Of a stretch of DNA of 64,000 bases, positions 32,901-47,900 are shown piece by piece; position 1 is the stretch's first letter; every line of letters starts with the position of its first letter. The position numbers and the translations under genes were made by a program. The DNA lies in contig NC_134028.1 in NCBI RefSeq assembly GCF_964204645.1, forward strand, positions 62,001 through 126,000. Direction: 5' to 3'. Source of the DNA: Tubulanus polymorphus (lineage: Eukaryota; Animalia; Nemertea). The notes beneath the pieces were generated by a model. The model had not been told where the DNA came from, made no database searches, and saw only the letters and a program-made list of their open reading frames with translations.

Positions 32901-35900
32901 CCATTTGAAATCAGTTCAGTACACCCTAACCCATCAATTAAGATAGAATTCATCATCTTTAGGACCCTATTTTGCAAGAAAAATCTGTATCTTTCAGTCC
33001 ATCTACTCGAAATCAGTTCAGTTTACCTTAACCTATCATTTCAGATCGAGTCCATCATCTTCAGGAGCATAAATAGCCAGAAAATTCTTAATCTTTCCAC
33101 CTATCTATTTGAAATCAGTTCAATACGCCTTAGCCCATCTTTTCAGATTCAGTCCATCATCTTCAGAACCAAAGGCAGCCAGAAAATTCTGATTCTTTCC
33201 ACCTATCTATTTGAAATCAGTTCAGTTCACCCTAACCCATCAATTAAGATAGAATTCATCATCTTTAGGACCCTATTTTGCAAGAAAAATCTGTATCTTT
33301 CAGTCCATCTATTCGAAATCAGTTCAGTTTACCTTAACCTATCATTTCAGATCGAGTCCATCATCTTCAGGAGCATAAATAGCCAGAAAATTCGTAATCT
33401 TTCCACCTATCTATTTGAAATCAGTTCAGTACACCCTAACCCATCAATTAAGATAGAACTCATCATCTTTAGGACCCTATTTTGCAAGAAAAATCTGTAT
33501 CTTTCAGTCCATCTACTCGAAATCAGTTCAGTCTACCTTAACCTATCATCTCAGATCGAGTCCATCATCTTCAGGAGCATAAATAGCCAGAAAATTCTTA
33601 ATCTTTCCACCTATCTATTTGAAATCAGTTCAATACGCCTTAACACATCTTTTCAGATTGAATCCATCATCTTCAGAACCAAAAGCAGCCAGAAAATTCT
33701 GATTCTTTCAACCTATCTATTTGAAATCAGTTCAGTACACCCTAACCCATCAATTAAGATAGAATTCATCATCTTTAGGACCCTATTTTGCAAGAAAAAT
33801 CTGTATCTTTCAGTCCATCTACTCGAAATCAGTTCAGTTTACCTTAACCTATCATTTCAGATCGAGTCCATCATCTTCAGGAGCATAAATAGCCAGAAAA
33901 TTCTTAATCTTTCCACCTATCTATTTGAAATCAGTTCAATACGCCTTAACACATCTTTTCAGATTGAATCCATCATCTTCAGAACCAAAAGCAGCCAGAA
34001 AATTCTTAATCTTTCAACCTATCTATTTGAAATCAGTTCAGTACACCCTAACCCATCAATTAAGATAGAATTCATCATCTTTAGGACCCTATTTTGCAAG
34101 AAAAATCTGTATCTTACAGTCCATCTACTCGAAATCAGTTCAGTTTACCTTAACCTATCATTTCAGATCGAGTCCATCATCTTCAGGAGCATAAATAGCC
34201 AGAAAATTCTTAATCTTTCCACCTATCTATTTGAAATCAGTTCAATACGCCTTAGCCCATCTTTTCAGATTGAGTCCATCATCTTCAGAACCAAAGGCAG
34301 CCAGAAAATTCTGATTCTTTCCACCTATCTATTTGAAATCAGTTCAGTTCACCCTAACCCATCAATTAAGATAGAATTCATCATCTTTAGGACCCTATTT
34401 TGCAAGAAAAATCTGTATCTTTCAGTCCATCTACTCGAAATCAGTTCAGTTTACCTTAACCTATCATTTCAGATCGAGTCCATCATCTTCAGGAGCATAA
34501 ATAGCCAGAAAATTCTTAATCTTTCCACCTATCTATTTGAAATCAGTTCAATACGCCTTAGCCCATCTTTTCAGATTCAGTCCATCATCTTCAGAACCAA
34601 AGGCAGCCAGAAAATTCTGATTCTTTCCACCTATCTATTTGAAATCAGTTCAGTTCACCCTAACCCATCAATTAAGATAGAATTCATCATCTTTAGGATC
34701 CTATTTTGCAAGAAAAATCTGTATCTTTCAGTCCATCTATTCGAAATCAGTTCAGTTTACCTTAACCTATCATTTCAGATCGAGTCCATCATCTTCAGGA
34801 GCATAAATAGCCAGAAAATTCGTAATCTTTCCACCTATCTATTTGAAATCAGTTCAGTACACCCTAACCCATCAATTAAGATAGAACTCATCATCTTTAG
34901 GACCCTATTTTGCAAGAAAAATCTGTATCTTTCAGTCCATCTACTCGAAATCAGTTCAGTTTACCTTAACCTATCATTTCAGATCGAGTCCATCATCTTC
35001 AGGAGCATAAATAGCCAGAAAATTCTTAATCTTTCCACCTATCTATTTGAAATCAGTTCAATACGCCTTAACACATCTTTTCAGATTGAATCCATCATCT
35101 TCAGAACCAAAAGCAGCCAGAAAATTCTTAATCTTTCAACCTATCTATTTGAAATCAGTTCAGTACACCCTAACCCATCAATTAAGATAGAATTCATCAT
35201 CTTTAGGACCCTATTTTGCAAGAAAAATCTGTATCTTTCAGTCCATCTACTCGAAATCAGTTCAGTTTACCTTAACCTATCATTTCAGATCGAGTCCATC
35301 ATCTTCAGGAGCATAAATAACCAGAAAATTCTTAATCTTTCCACCTATCTATTTGAAATCAGTTCAATACGCCTTAGCCCATCTTTTCAGATTCAGTCCA
35401 TCATCTTCAGAACCAAAGGCAGCCAGAAAATTCTTAATCTTTCCACCTATCTGTTTGAAATCAGTTCAGTTCACCCTAACCCATCAATTTAGATAGAATT
35501 CATCATCTTTAGGACCCTATTTTGCAAGAAAAACCTGTATCTTTCAGTCCATCTGCTCGAAATCAGTTCAGTTTACCTTAACCTATCATTTCAGATCGAG
35601 TCCATCATCTTCAGGAGCATAAATAGCCAGAAAATTCTTAATCTTTCCACCTATCTATTTGAAATCAGTTCAATACGCCTTAACACATCTTTTCAGATTG
35701 AATCCATCATCTTCAGAACCAAAAGCAGCCAGAAAATTCTGATTCTTTCAACCTATCTATTTGAAATCAGTTCAGTACACCCTAACCCATCAATTAAGAT
35801 AGAACTCATCATCTTTAGGACCCTATTTTGCAAGAAAAATCTGTATCTTTCAGTCCATCTGCTCGAAATCAGTTCAGTTTACCTTAACCTATCATTTCAG

Positions 35901-38900
35901 ATCGAGTCCATCATCTTCAGGAGCATAAATAGCCAGAAAATTCTTAATCTTTCCACCTATCTATTTGAAATCAGTTCAATACGCCTTAACACATCTTTTC
36001 AGATTGAATCCATCATCTTCAGAACCAAAAGCAGCCAGAAAATTCTTAATCTTTCAACCTATCTATTTGAAATCAGTTCAGTACACCCTAACCCATCAAT
36101 TAAGATAGAATTCATCATCTTTAGGACCCTATTTGGCAAGAAAAATCTGTATCTTTCAGTCCATCTACTCGAAATCAGTTCAGTTTACCTTAACCTATCA
36201 TTTCAGATCGAGTCCATCATCTTCAGGAGCATAAATAGCCAGAAAATTCTTAATCTTTCCACCTATCTATTTGAAATCAGTTCAATACGCCTTAGCCCAT
36301 CTTTTCAGAGTGAGTCCATCATCTTCAGAACCAAAGGCAGCCAGAAAATTCTGATTCTTTCCACCTATCTATTTGAAATCAGTTCAGTTCACCCTAACCC
36401 ATCAATTAAGATAGAATTCATCATCTTTAGGACCCAATTTTGCAAGAAAAATCTGTATCTTTCAGTCCATCTACTCGAAATCAGTTCAGTTTACCTTAAC
36501 CTTTCATTTCAGATCGAGTCCATCATCTTCAGGAGCATAAATAGCCAGAAAATTCTTAATCTTTCCACCTATCTATTTGAAATCAGTTCAATACGCCTTA
36601 GCCCATCTTTTCAGATTCAGTCCATCGTCTTCAGAACCAAAGGCAGCCAGAAAATTCTGATTCTTTCCACCTATCTATTTGAAATCAGTTCAGTTCACCC
36701 TAACCCATCAATTAAGATAGAATTCATCATCTTTAGGACCCTATTTTGCAAGAAATATCTGTATCTTTCAGTCCATCTATTCGAAATCAGTTCAGTTTAC
36801 CTTAACCTATCATTTCAGATCGAGTCCATCATCTTCAGGAGCATAAATAGCCAGAAAATTCGTAATCTTTCCACCTATCTATTTGAAATCAGTTCAGTAC
36901 ACCCTAACCCATCAATTAAGATAGAACTCATCATCTTTAGGACCCTATTTTGCAAGAAAAATCTGTATCTTTCAGTCCATCTACTCGAAATCAGTTCAGT
37001 CTACCTTAACCTATCATTTCAGATCGAGTCCATCATCTTCAGGAGCATAAATAGCCAGAAAATTCTTAATCTTTCCACCTATCTATTTGAAATCAGTTCA
37101 ATACGCCTTAACACATCTTTTCAGATTGAATCCATCATCTTCAGAACCAAAAGCAGCCAGAAAATTCTTAATCTTTCAACCTATCTATTTGAAATCAGTT
37201 CAGTACACCCTAACCCATCAATTAAGATAGAATTCATCATCTTTAGGACCCTATTTTGCAAGAAAAATCTGTATCTTTCAGTCCATCTACTCGAAATCAG
37301 TTCAGTTTACCTTAACCTATCATTTCAGATCGAGTCCATCATCTTCAGGAGCATAAATAGCCAGAAAATTCTTAATCTTTCCACCTATCTATTTGATATC
37401 AGTTCAATACGCCTTAGCCCATCTTTTCAGATTGAGTCCATCATCTTCAGAACCAAAGGCAGCCAGAAAATTCTGATTCTTTCCACCTATCTATTTGAAA
37501 TCAGTTCAGTTCACCCTAACCCATCAATTAAGATAGAATTCATCATCTTTAGGACCCTATTTTGCAAGAAAAATCTGTATCTTTCAGTTCATCTACTCGA
37601 AATCAGTTCAGTTTACCTTAACCTATCATTTCAGATCGAGTCCATCATCTTCAGGAGCATAAATAGCCAGAAAATTCTTAATCTTTCCACCTATCCATTT
37701 GAAATCAGTTCAGTACACCCTAACCCATCAATTAAGATAGAATTCATCATCTTTAGGACCCTATTTTGCAAGAAAAATCTGTATCTTTCAGTCCATCTAC
37801 TCGAAATCAGTTCTGTTTACCTTAACCTATCATTTCAGATCGAGTCCATCATCTTCAGGAGCATAAATAGCCAGAAAATTCTTAATCTTTCCACCTATCT
37901 ATTTGAAATCAGTTCAATACGCCTTAGCCCATCTTTTCAGATTCAGTCCATCATCTTCAGAACCAAAGGCAGCCAGAAAATTCTGATTCTTTCCACCTAT
38001 CTATTTGAAATCAGTTCAGTTCACCCTAACCCATCAATTAAGATAGAATTCATCATCTTTAGGACCCTATTTTGCAAGAAAAATCTGTATCTTTCAGTCC
38101 ATCTATTCGAAATCAGTTCAGTTTACCTTAACCTATCATTTCAGATCGAGTCCATCATCTTCAGGAGCATAAATAGCCAGAAAATTCGTAATCTTTCCAC
38201 CTATCTATTTGAAATCAGTTCAGTACACCCTAACCCATCAATTAAGATAGAACTCATCATCTTTAGGACCCTATTTTGCAAGAAAAATCTGTATCTTTCA
38301 GTCCATCTACTCGAAATCAGTTCAGTCTACCTTAACCTATCATCTCAGATCGAGTCCATCATCTTCAGGAGCATAAATAGCCAGAAAATTCTTAATCTTT
38401 CCACCTATCTATTTGAAATCAGTTCAATACGCCTTAACACATCTTTTCAGATTGAATCCATCATCTTCAGAACCAAAAGCAGCCAGAAAATTCTGATTCT
38501 TTCAACCTATCTATTTGAAATCAGTTCAGTACACCCTAACCCATCAATTAAGATAGAATTCATCATCTTTAGGACCCTATTTTGCAAGAAAAATCTGTAT
38601 CTTTCAGTCCATCTACTCGAAATCAGTTCAGTTTACCTTAACCTATCATTTCAGATCGAGTCCATCATCTTCAGGAGCATAAATAGCCAGAAAATTCTTA
38701 ATCTTTCCACCTATCTATTTGAAATCAGTTCAATACGCCTTAACACATCTTTTCAGATTGAATCCATCATCTTCAGAACCAAAAGCAGCCAGAAAATTCT
38801 GATTCTTTCAACCTATCTATTTGAAATCAGTTCAGTACACCCTAACCCATCAATTAAGATAGAATTCATCATCTTTAGGACCCTATTTTGCAAGAAAAAT

Positions 38901-41900
38901 CTGTATCTTTCAGTCCATCTACTCGAAATCAGTTCAGTTTACCTTAACCTATCATTTCAGATCGAGTCCATCATCTTCAGGAGCATAAATAGCCAGAAAA
39001 TTCTTAATCTTTCCACCTATCTATTTGAAATCAGTTCAATACGCCTTAACACATCTTTTCAGATTGAATCCATCATCTTCAGAACCAAAAGCAGCCAGAA
39101 AATTCTTAATCTTTCAACCTATCTATTTGAAATCAGTTCAGTACACCCTAACCCATCAATTAAGATAGAATTCATCATCTTTAGGACCCTATTTTGCAAG
39201 AAAAATCTGTATCTTACAGTCCATCTACTCGAAATCAGTTCAGTTTACCTTAACCTATCATTTCAGATCGAGTCCATCATCTTCAGGAGCATAAATAGCC
39301 AGAAAATTCTTAATCTTTCCACCTATCTATTTGAAATCAGTTCAATACGCCTTAGCCCATCTTTTCAGATTGAGTCCATCATCTTCAGAACCAAAGGCAG
39401 CCAGAAAATTCTGATTCTTTCCACCTATCTATTTGAAATCAGTTCAGTTCACCCTAACCCATCAATTAAGATAGAATTCATCATCTTTAGGACCCTATTT
39501 TGCAAGAAAAATCTGTATCTTTCAGTCCATCTACTCGAAATCAGTTCAGTTTACCTTAACCTATCATTTCAGATCGAGTCCATCATCTTCAGGAGCATAA
39601 ATAGCCAGAAAATTCTTAATCTTTCCACCTATCTATTTGAAATCAGTTCAATACGCCTTAGCCCATCTTTTCAGATTCAGTCCATCATCTTCAGAACCAA
39701 AGGCAGCCAGAAAATTCTGATTCTTTCCACCTATCTATTTGAAATCAGTTCAGTTCACCCTAACCCATCAATTAAGATAGAATTCATCATCTTTAGGATC
39801 CTATTTTGCAAGAAAAATCTGTATCTTTCAGTCCATCTATTCGAAATCAGTTCAGTTTACCTTAACCTATTATTTCAGATCGAGTCCATCATCTTCAGGA
39901 GCATAAATAGCCAGAAAATTCGTAATCTTTCCACCTATCTATTTGAAATCAGTTCAGTACACCCTAACCCATCAATTAAGATAGAACTCATCATCTTTAG
40001 GACCCTATTTTGCAAGAAAAATCTGTATCTTTCAGTCCATCTACTCGAAATCAGTTCAGTCTACCTTAACCTATCATTTCAGATCGAGTCCATCATCTTC
40101 AGGAGCATAAATAGCCAGAAAATTCTTAATCTTTCCACCTATCTATTTGAAATCAGTTCAATACGCCTTAACACATCTTTTCAGATTGAATCCATCATCT
40201 TCAGAACCAAAAGCAGCCAGAAAATTCTGATTCTTTCAACCTATCTATTTGAAATCAGTTCAGTACACCCTAACCCATCAATTAAGATAGAATTCATCAT
40301 CTTTAGGACCCTATTTTGCAAGAAAAATCTGTATCTTTCAGTCCATCTACTCGAAATCAGTTCAGTTTACCTTAACCTATCATTTCAGATCGAGTCCATC
40401 ATCTTCAGGAGCATAAATAGCCAGAAAATTCTTAATCTTTCCACCTATCTATTTGAAATCAGTTCAATACGTCTTAACACATCTTTTCAGATTGAATCCA
40501 TCATCTTCAGAACCAAAAGCAGCCAGAAAATTCTTAATCTTTCAACCTATCTATTTGAAATCAGTTCAGTACACCCTAACCCATCAATTAAGATAGAATT
40601 CATCATCTTTAGGACCCTATTTTGCAAGAAAAATCTGTATCTTTCAGTCCATCTACTCGAAATCAGTTCAGTTTACCTTAACCTATCAATTCAGATCGAG
40701 TCCATCATCTTCAGGAGCATAAATAGCCAGAAAATTCTTAATCTTTCCACCTATCTATTTGAAATCAGTTCAATACGCCTTAGCCCATCTTTTCAGATTG
40801 AGTCCATCATCTTCAGAACCAAAGGCAGCCAGAAAATTCTGATTCTTTCAACCTATCTATTTGAAATCAGTTCAGTTCACCCTAACCCATCAATTAAGAT
40901 AGAATTCATCATCTTTAGGACCCTATTTTGCAAGAAAAATCTGTATCTTTCAGTCCATCTACTCGAAATCAGTTCAGTTTACCTTAACCTATCATTTCAG
41001 ATCGAGTCCATCATCTTCAGGAGCATAAATAGCCAGAAAATTCTTAATCTTTCCACCTAACCATTTGAAATCAGTTCAGTACACCCTAACCCATCAATTA
41101 AGATAGAATTCATCATCTTTAGGACCCTATTTTGCAAGAAAAATCTGTATCTTTCAGTCCATCTACTCGAAATCAGTTCAGTTTACCTTAACCTATCATT
41201 TCAGATCGAGTCCATCATCTTCAGGAGCATAAATAGCCAGAAAATTCTTAATCTTTCCACCTATCTATTTGAAATCAGTTCAATACGCCTTAGCCCATCT
41301 TTTCAGATTCAGTCCATCATCTTCAGAACCAAAGGCAGCCAGAAAATTCTGATTCTTTCAACCTATCTATTTGAAATCAGTTCAGTTCAACCTAACCCAT
41401 CAATTAAGATAGAATTCATCATCTTTAGGACCCTATTTTGCAAGAAAAATCTGTATCTTTCAGTCCATCTACTCGAAATCAGTTCAGTTTACCTTAACCT
41501 ATCATTTCAGATCGAGTCCATCATCTTCAGGAGCATAAATAGCCAGAAAATTCTTAATCTTTCCACCTATCCATTTGAAATCAGTTCAGTACACCCTAAC
41601 CCATCAATTAAGATAGAATTCATCATCTTTAGGACCCTATTTTGCAAGAAAAATCTGTATCTTTCAGTCCATCTACTCGAAATCAGTTCAGTTTACCTTA
41701 ACCTATCATTTCAGATCGAGTCCATCATCTTCAGGAGCATAAATAGCCAGAAAATTCTTAATCTTTCCACCTATCTATTTGAAATCAGTTCAATACGCCT
41801 TAGCCCATCTTTTCAGATTCAGTCCATCATCTTCAGAACCAAAAGCAGCCAGAAAATTCTGATTCTTTCAACCTATCTATTTGAAATCAGTTCAGTTCAC

Positions 41901-44900
41901 CCTAACCCATCAATTAAGATAGAACTCATCATCTTTAGGACCCTATTTTGCAAGAAAAATCTGTATCTTTCAGTCCATCTACTCGAAATCAGTTCAGTCT
42001 ACCTTAACCTATCATTTCAGATCGAGTCCATCATCTTCAGGAGCATAAATAGCCAGAAAATTCTTAATCTTTCCACCTATCTATTTGAAATCAGTTCAAT
42101 ACGCCTTAACACATCTTTTCAGATTGAATCCATCATCTTCAGAACCAAAAGCAGCCAGAAAATTCTGATTCTTTCAACCTATCTATTTGAAATCAGTTCA
42201 GTACACCCTAACCCATCAATTAAGATAGAATTCATCATCTTTAGGACCCTATTTTGCAAGAAAAATCTGTATCTTTCAGTCCATCTACTCGAAATCAGTT
42301 CAGTTTACCTTAACCTATCATTTCAGATCGAGTCCATCATCTTCAGGAGCATAAATAGCCAGAAAATTCTTAATCTTTCCACCTATCTATTTGAAATCAG
42401 TTCAATACGCCTTAACACATCTTTTCAGATTGAATCCATCATCTTCAGAACCAAAAGCAGCCAGAAAATTCTGATTCTTTCAACCTATCTATTTGAAATC
42501 AGTTCAGTACACCCTAACCCATCAATTAAGATAGAATTCATCATCTTTAGGACCCTATTTTGCAAGAAAAATCTGTATCTTTCAGTCCATCTACTCGAAA
42601 TCAGTTCAGTTTACCTTAACCTATCATTTCAGATCGAGTCCATCATCTTCAGGAGCATAAATAGCCAGAAAATTCTTAATCTTTCCACCTATCTATTTGA
42701 AATCAGTTCAATACGCCTTAGCCCATCTTTTCAGATTGAATCCATCATCTTCAGAACCAAAAGCAGCCAGAAAATTCTGATTCTTTCAACCTATCTATTT
42801 GAAATCAGTTCAGTACACCCTAACCCATCAATTAAGATAGAATTCATCATCTTTAGGACCCTATTTTGCAAGAAAAATCTGTATCTTTCAGTCCATCTAC
42901 TCGAAATCAGTTCAATTTACCTTAACCTATCATTTCAGATCGAGTCCATCATCTTCAGGAGCATAAATAGCCAGAAAATTCTTAATCTTTCCACCTATCT
43001 ATTTGAAATCAGTTCAATACGCCTTAACACATCTTTTCAGATTGAATCCATCATCTTCAGAACCAAAAGCAGCCAGAAAATTCGTAATCTTTCAACCTAT
43101 CTATTTGAAATCAGTTCAATACGCCTTAACCCATCTTTTCAGATTGAGTCCATCATCTTCAGAACCAAAGGCAGCAAGAAAATTCTGATTCTTTCAACCT
43201 ATCTATTTGAAATCAGTTCAGTACACCCTTACCCATCAATTAAGATAGAATTCATCATCTTTAGGACCCTATTTTGCAAGAAAAATCTGTATCTTTCAGT
43301 CCATCTACTCGAAATCAGTTCAGTTTACCTTAACCTATAATTTCAGAGCGAGTCCATCATCTTCAGGAGCATAAATAACCAGAAAATTCTTAATCTTTCC
43401 ACCTATCTATTTGAAATCAGTTCAGTAAACCCTAACCCATCAATTAAGATAGAACTCATCATCTTTAGGACCCTATTTTGAAAGAAAAATCTGTATCTTT
43501 CAGTCCATCTGCTCGATATCAGTTCAGTTTACCTTAACCTATCATTTCAGATCGAGTCCATCATCTTCAGGAGCATAAATAGCCAGAAAATTCTTAATCT
43601 TTCCACCTATCCATTTGAAATCAGTTCAATACGCCTTAACCCATCTTTTCAGATTGAATCCATCATCTTCAGAACCAAAAGCAGCCAGAAATTTCTGATT
43701 CTTTCAACCTATCTATTTGAAATCAGTTCAGTACACCCTAACCCATCAATTAAGATAGAACTCATCATCTTTAGGACCCTATTTTGCAAGAAAAATCTGT
43801 ATCTTTTAGTCCATCAGCTCGAAATCAGTTCAGTTTACCTTAACCTATCATTTCAGATCGAGTCCATCATCTTCAGGAGCATAAATAGCCAGAAAATTCT
43901 TAATCTTTCCACCTATCTATTTGAAATCAGTTCAATACGCCTTAGCCCATCTTTTCAGATTGAGTCCATCATCTTCAGAACCAAAGGCAGCCAGAAAATT
44001 CTGATTCTTTCCACCCATCTATTTGAAATCAGTTCAGTTCACCCTAACCCATCAATTAAGGTAGAATTCATCATCTTTAGGACCCTATTTTGCAAGAAAA
44101 ATCTGTATCTATCAGTCCATCTACTCGAAATCAGTTCAGTCTACCTTAACCTATCATTTCAGATCGAGTCCATCATCTTCAGGAGCATAAATAGCCACGA
44201 AATTCTTAATCTTTCAACCTATCTGTTTGAAATCAGTTCAGTACACCCTAACCCATCAATTAAGATAGAATTCATCATCTTTAGGACCCTATTTTGCAAG
44301 AAAAATCTGTATCTTTCAGTCCATCTACTCGAAATCAGTTCAGTTTACCTTAACCTATCATTTCAGATCGAGTCCATCATCTTCAGGAGCATAAATAACC
44401 AGAAAATTCTTAATCTTTCCACCTATCTATTTGAAATCAGTTCAATACGCCTTAGCCCATCTTTTCAGATTGAGTCCATCATCTTCAGAACCAAAGGCAG
44501 CCAGAAAATTCTGATTCTTTCCACCTATCTATTTGAAATCAGTTCAGTTCACCCTAACTCATCAATTAAGATAGAATTCATCATCTTTAGGACCCTATTT
44601 TGCAAGAAAAATCTGTATCTTTCAGTCCATCTACTCGAAATCAGTTCAGTTTACCTTAACCTATCATTTCAGATCGAGTCCATCATCTTCAGGAGCATAA
44701 ATAACCAGAAGATTCTTAATCTTTCAACCTATCTGTTTGAAATCAGTTCAGTACACCCTAACCCATCAATTAAGATAGAATTCATCATCTTTAGGACCCT
44801 ATTTTGCAAGAAAAATCTGTATCTTTCAGTCCATCTACTCGAAATCAGTTCAGTTTACCTTAACCTATCATTTCAGATCGAGTCCATCATCTTCAGGAGC

Positions 44901-47900
44901 ATAAATAACCAGAAAATTCTTAATCTTTCCACCTATCTATTTGAAATCAGTTCAATACGCCTTAGCCCATCTTTTCAGATTCAGTCCATCATCTTCAGAA
45001 CCAAAGGCAGCCAGAAAATTCTTAATCTTTCCACCTATCTGTTTGAAATCAGTTCAGTTCACCCTAACCCATCAATTTAGATAGAATTCATCATCTTTAG
45101 GACCCTATTTTGCAAGAAAAACCTGTATCTTTCAGTCCATCTGCTCGAAATCAGTTCAGTTTACCTTAACCTATCATTTCAGATCGAGTCCATCATCTTC
45201 AGGAGCATAAATAGCCAGAAAATTCTTAATCTTTCCACCTATCTATTTGAAATCAGTTCAATACGCCTTAACACATCTTTTCAGATTGAATCCATCATCT
45301 TCAGAACCAAAAGCAGCCAGAAAATTCTGATTCTTGCCACCTATCTATTTGAAATCAGTTCAGTACACCCTAACCCATCAATTAAGATAGAACTCATCAA
45401 CTTTAGGACCCTATTTTGCAAGAAAAATCTGTATCTTTCAGTCCATCTGCTCGAAATCAGTTCAGTTTACCTTAACCTATCATTTCAGATCGAGTCCATC
45501 ATCTTCAGGAGCATAAATAGCCAGAAAATTCTTAATCTTTCCACCTATCTATTTGAAATCAGTTCAATACGCCTTAACACATCTTTTCAGATTGAATCCA
45601 TCATCTTCAGAACCAAAAGCAGCCAGAAAATTCTGATTCTTTCAACCTATCTATTTGAAATCAGTTCAGTACACCCTAACCCATCAATTAAGATAGAACT
45701 CATCATCTTTAGGACCCTATTTTGCAAGAAAAATCTGTATCTTTCAGTCCATCTGCTCGAAATCAGTTCAGTTTACCTTAACCTATCATTTCAGATCGAG
45801 TCCATCATCTTCAGGAGCATAAATAGCCAGAAAATTCTTAATCTTTCCACCTATCTATTTGAAATCAGTTCAATACGTCTTAACACATCTTTTCAGATTG
45901 AATCCATCATCTTCAGAACCAAAAGCAGCCAGAAAATTCTTAATCTTTCAACCTATCTATTTGAAATCAGTTCAGTACACCCTAACCCATCAATTAAGAT
46001 AGAATTCATCATCTTTAGGACCCTATTTTGCAAGAAAAATCTGTATCTTTCAGTCCATCTACTCGAAATCAGTTCAGTTTACCTTAACCTATCATTTCAG
46101 ATCGAGTCCATCATCTTCAGGAGCATAAATAGCCAGAAAATTCTTAATCTTTCCACCTAACCATTTGAAATCAGTTCAGTACACCCTAACCCATCAATTA
46201 AGATAGAATTCATCATCTTTAGGACCCTATTTTGCAAGAAAAATCTGTATCTTTCAGTCCATCTACTCGAAATCAGTTCAGTTTACCTTAACCTATCATT
46301 TCAGATCGAGTCCATCATCTTCAGGAGCATAAATAGCCAGAAAATTCTTAATCTTTCCACCTATCTATTTGAAATCAGTTCAATACGCCTTAGCCCATCT
46401 TTTCAGATTCAGTCCATCATCTTCAGAACCAAAGGCAGCCAGAAAATTCTGATTCTTTCAACCTATCTATTTGAAATCAGTTCAGTTCACCCTAACCCAT
46501 CAATTAAGATAGAATTCATCATCTTTAGGACCCTATTTTGCAAGAAAAATCTGTATCTTTCAGTCCATCTACTCGAAATCAGTTCAGTTTACCTTAACCT
46601 ATCATTTCAGATCGAGTCCATCATCTTCAGGAGCATAAATAGCCAGAAAATTCTTAATCTTTCCACCTATCCATTTGAAATCAGTTCAGTACACCCTAAC
46701 CCATCAATTAAGATAGAATTCATCATCTTTAGGACCCTATTTTGCAAGAAAAATCTGTATCTTTCAGTCCATCTACTCGAAATCAGTTCAGTTTACCTTA
46801 ACCTATCATTTCAGATCGAGTCCATCATCTTCAGGAGCATAAATAGCCAGAAAATTCTTAATCTTTCCACCTATCTATTTGAAATCAGTTCAATACGCCT
46901 TAGCCCATCTTTTCAGATTCAGTCCATCATCTTCAGAACGAAAAGCAGCCAGAAAATTCTGATTCTTTCAACCTATCTATTTGAAATCAGTTCAGTTCAC
47001 CCTAACCCATCAATTAAGATAGAATTCATCATCTTTAGGACCCTATTTTGCAAGAAAAATCTGTATCTTTCAGTCCATCTATTCGAAATCAGTTCAGTTT
47101 ACCTTAACCTATCATTTCAGATCGAGTCCATCATCTTCAGGAGCATAAATAGCCAGAAAATTCGTAATCTTTCCACCTATCTATTTGAAATCAGTTCAGT
47201 ACACCCTAACCCATCAATTAAGATAGAACTCATCATCTTTAGGACCCTATTTTGCAAGAAAAATCTGTATCTTTCAGTCCATCTACTCGAAATCAGTTCA
47301 GTCTACCTTAACCTATCATTTCAGATCGAGTCCATCATCTTCAGGAGCATAAATAGCCAGAAAATTCTTAATCTTTCCACCTATCTATTTGAAATCAGTT
47401 CAATACGCCTTAACACATCTTTTCAGATTGAATCCATCATCTTCAGAACCAAAAGCAGCCAGAAAATTCTGATTCTTTCAACCTATCTATTTGAAATCAG
47501 TTCAGTACACCCTAACCCATCAATTAAGATAGAATTCATCATCTTTAGGACCCTATTTTGCAAGAAAAATCTGTATCTTTCAGTCCATCTACTCGAAATC
47601 AGTTCAGTTTACCTTAACCTATCATTTCAGATCGAGTCCATCATCTTCAGGAGCATAAATAGCCAGAAAATTCTTAATCTTTCCACCTATCTATTTGAAA
47701 TCAGTTCAATACGCCTTAGCCCATCTTTTCAGATTGAGTCCATCATCTTCAGAACCAAAGGCAGCCAGAAAATTCTGATTCTTTCCACCCATCTATTTGA
47801 AATCAGTTCAGTTCACCCTAACCCATCAATTAAGGTAGAATTCATCATCTTTAGGACCCTATTTTGCAAGAAAAATCTGTATCTTTCAGTCCATCTACTC

